Assembly: GCA_032718475.1 (NCBI GenBank)
Contig: JAUCBJ010007233.1
Span: forward strand, 1-34,835
From: Nemertoderma westbladi
Lineage: Eukaryota > Animalia > Xenacoelomorpha
DNA: 34,835 bases
Reading direction: 5' to 3'
How positions within the stretch are numbered: the first letter of the stretch is position 1; each line of letters opens with the position of its first letter. Below are positions 34,001 through 34,835 of the stretch, piece by piece. Made by a program: the position numbers and the translations under genes. The notes under the pieces were generated by a model, which had not been told where the DNA came from, searched no databases, and worked only from the letters and a program-made list of their open reading frames with translations.

Positions 34001-34077
34001 GGGGACAAAATAAGGGGGGGGGGGGAAACTGGACGCAATAAAAATTCATCCCTCTCCAGGGGAAATTCGACGCAAAT

Positions 34078-34835
34078 GGAATTGGAATTGGAATTTTTTA
34101 TTTGACATTAAATCAGTTAAAAACAAGCACTAAAGATAGCATTAAAATATAACATATGAAGTGTAAGGAAAAGGTAAAGGCAACAAACCAATGTACAGTA
34201 TGGTATTCAACATGTCCTAGAAAAAGTATTTTAACGGAAAACAGTACAAAACAAACATAGATAAATAAAATGACCTTCAATAAATTTTAAACACCATTTA
34301 CAACATAATTATGGTAAGACATTTCTATTTCAGGATTTAGGGCCAACAACACGAGATACGGACCGATACGAGATGAAAGGTGTAAGTGCAGCAACTATAA
34401 AAATTATTGAAATTTTACTAAAAATTATTGTAATTATGATAAGGAATTTAGGACCATACTGTACGAAGACAGTGGATACGAGGTGCAAGGTATAAATAAA
34501 AGAAACAACAACAGAATAATTATAAAAACGTTCGACACCAATAAAATCTATATTTTATGAACTGTATTTATTTCTATTGTCTTACTAAAAATATTATGTA
34601 CTGTAGTTATTTATGATAAGTTTACCGCGTTAAGTTAGAAATTATAAATACACAATGCATATATTATATATACTAAGACTTAATTACAGAATTGAGCAGT
34701 GATTTGCCGTCGAGGATAACCCCATGAGACTATGTCTCGTTTTCATGAGGGTCCTCACTATATCAGGAAATATTAAAATCGATAATGGTTCTATGAAGTT
34801 TATTTATTTATTTTTTATTTATTTATTATTTATTT
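34078..34835 (-). mobile_element. 3' UTR(s) of another CR1/L2-group LINE running off the window edge
   Basis: (GGAATT)n tail plus TTTATT at 34078-34103 and a stem-loop at 34712-34756 homologous to the one at 24847-24893. Tail and hairpin may belong to different copies. Confidence 0.6.

Overview
AT-rich eukaryotic (most likely invertebrate animal) genomic DNA dominated by transposable elements and tandem repeats. There is no prokaryotic gene organisation, CRISPR array or RNA gene. The one intact host gene is a divergent SUZ12 (PRC2 subunit) homologue on the minus strand (18354-20237) with an intron-free CDS and a candidate 57-nt 5'-UTR intron. To its left lie a truncated Ulp1/SENP protease fragment, a 5' LINE remnant, a decayed Helitron-type PIF1 helicase, a 34-bp array, a 5.1-kb non-autonomous hAT-like element (TIRs plus 8-bp TSD) made almost entirely of 34-bp and 48-bp satellites, a 30-bp satellite and a nested foldback complex. 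To its right lie nested Mutator-like MITEs, a near full-length frameshifted CR1/L2-group LINE with a 73-bp array in its 3' UTR and ORF1/ORF2 in one frame separated only by TGA-CGG, a GC-rich MITE and a decayed THAP/P-element-like transposase. The very long ORFs over the satellites are artefacts. All family calls come from motif recognition by eye, not from database searches.
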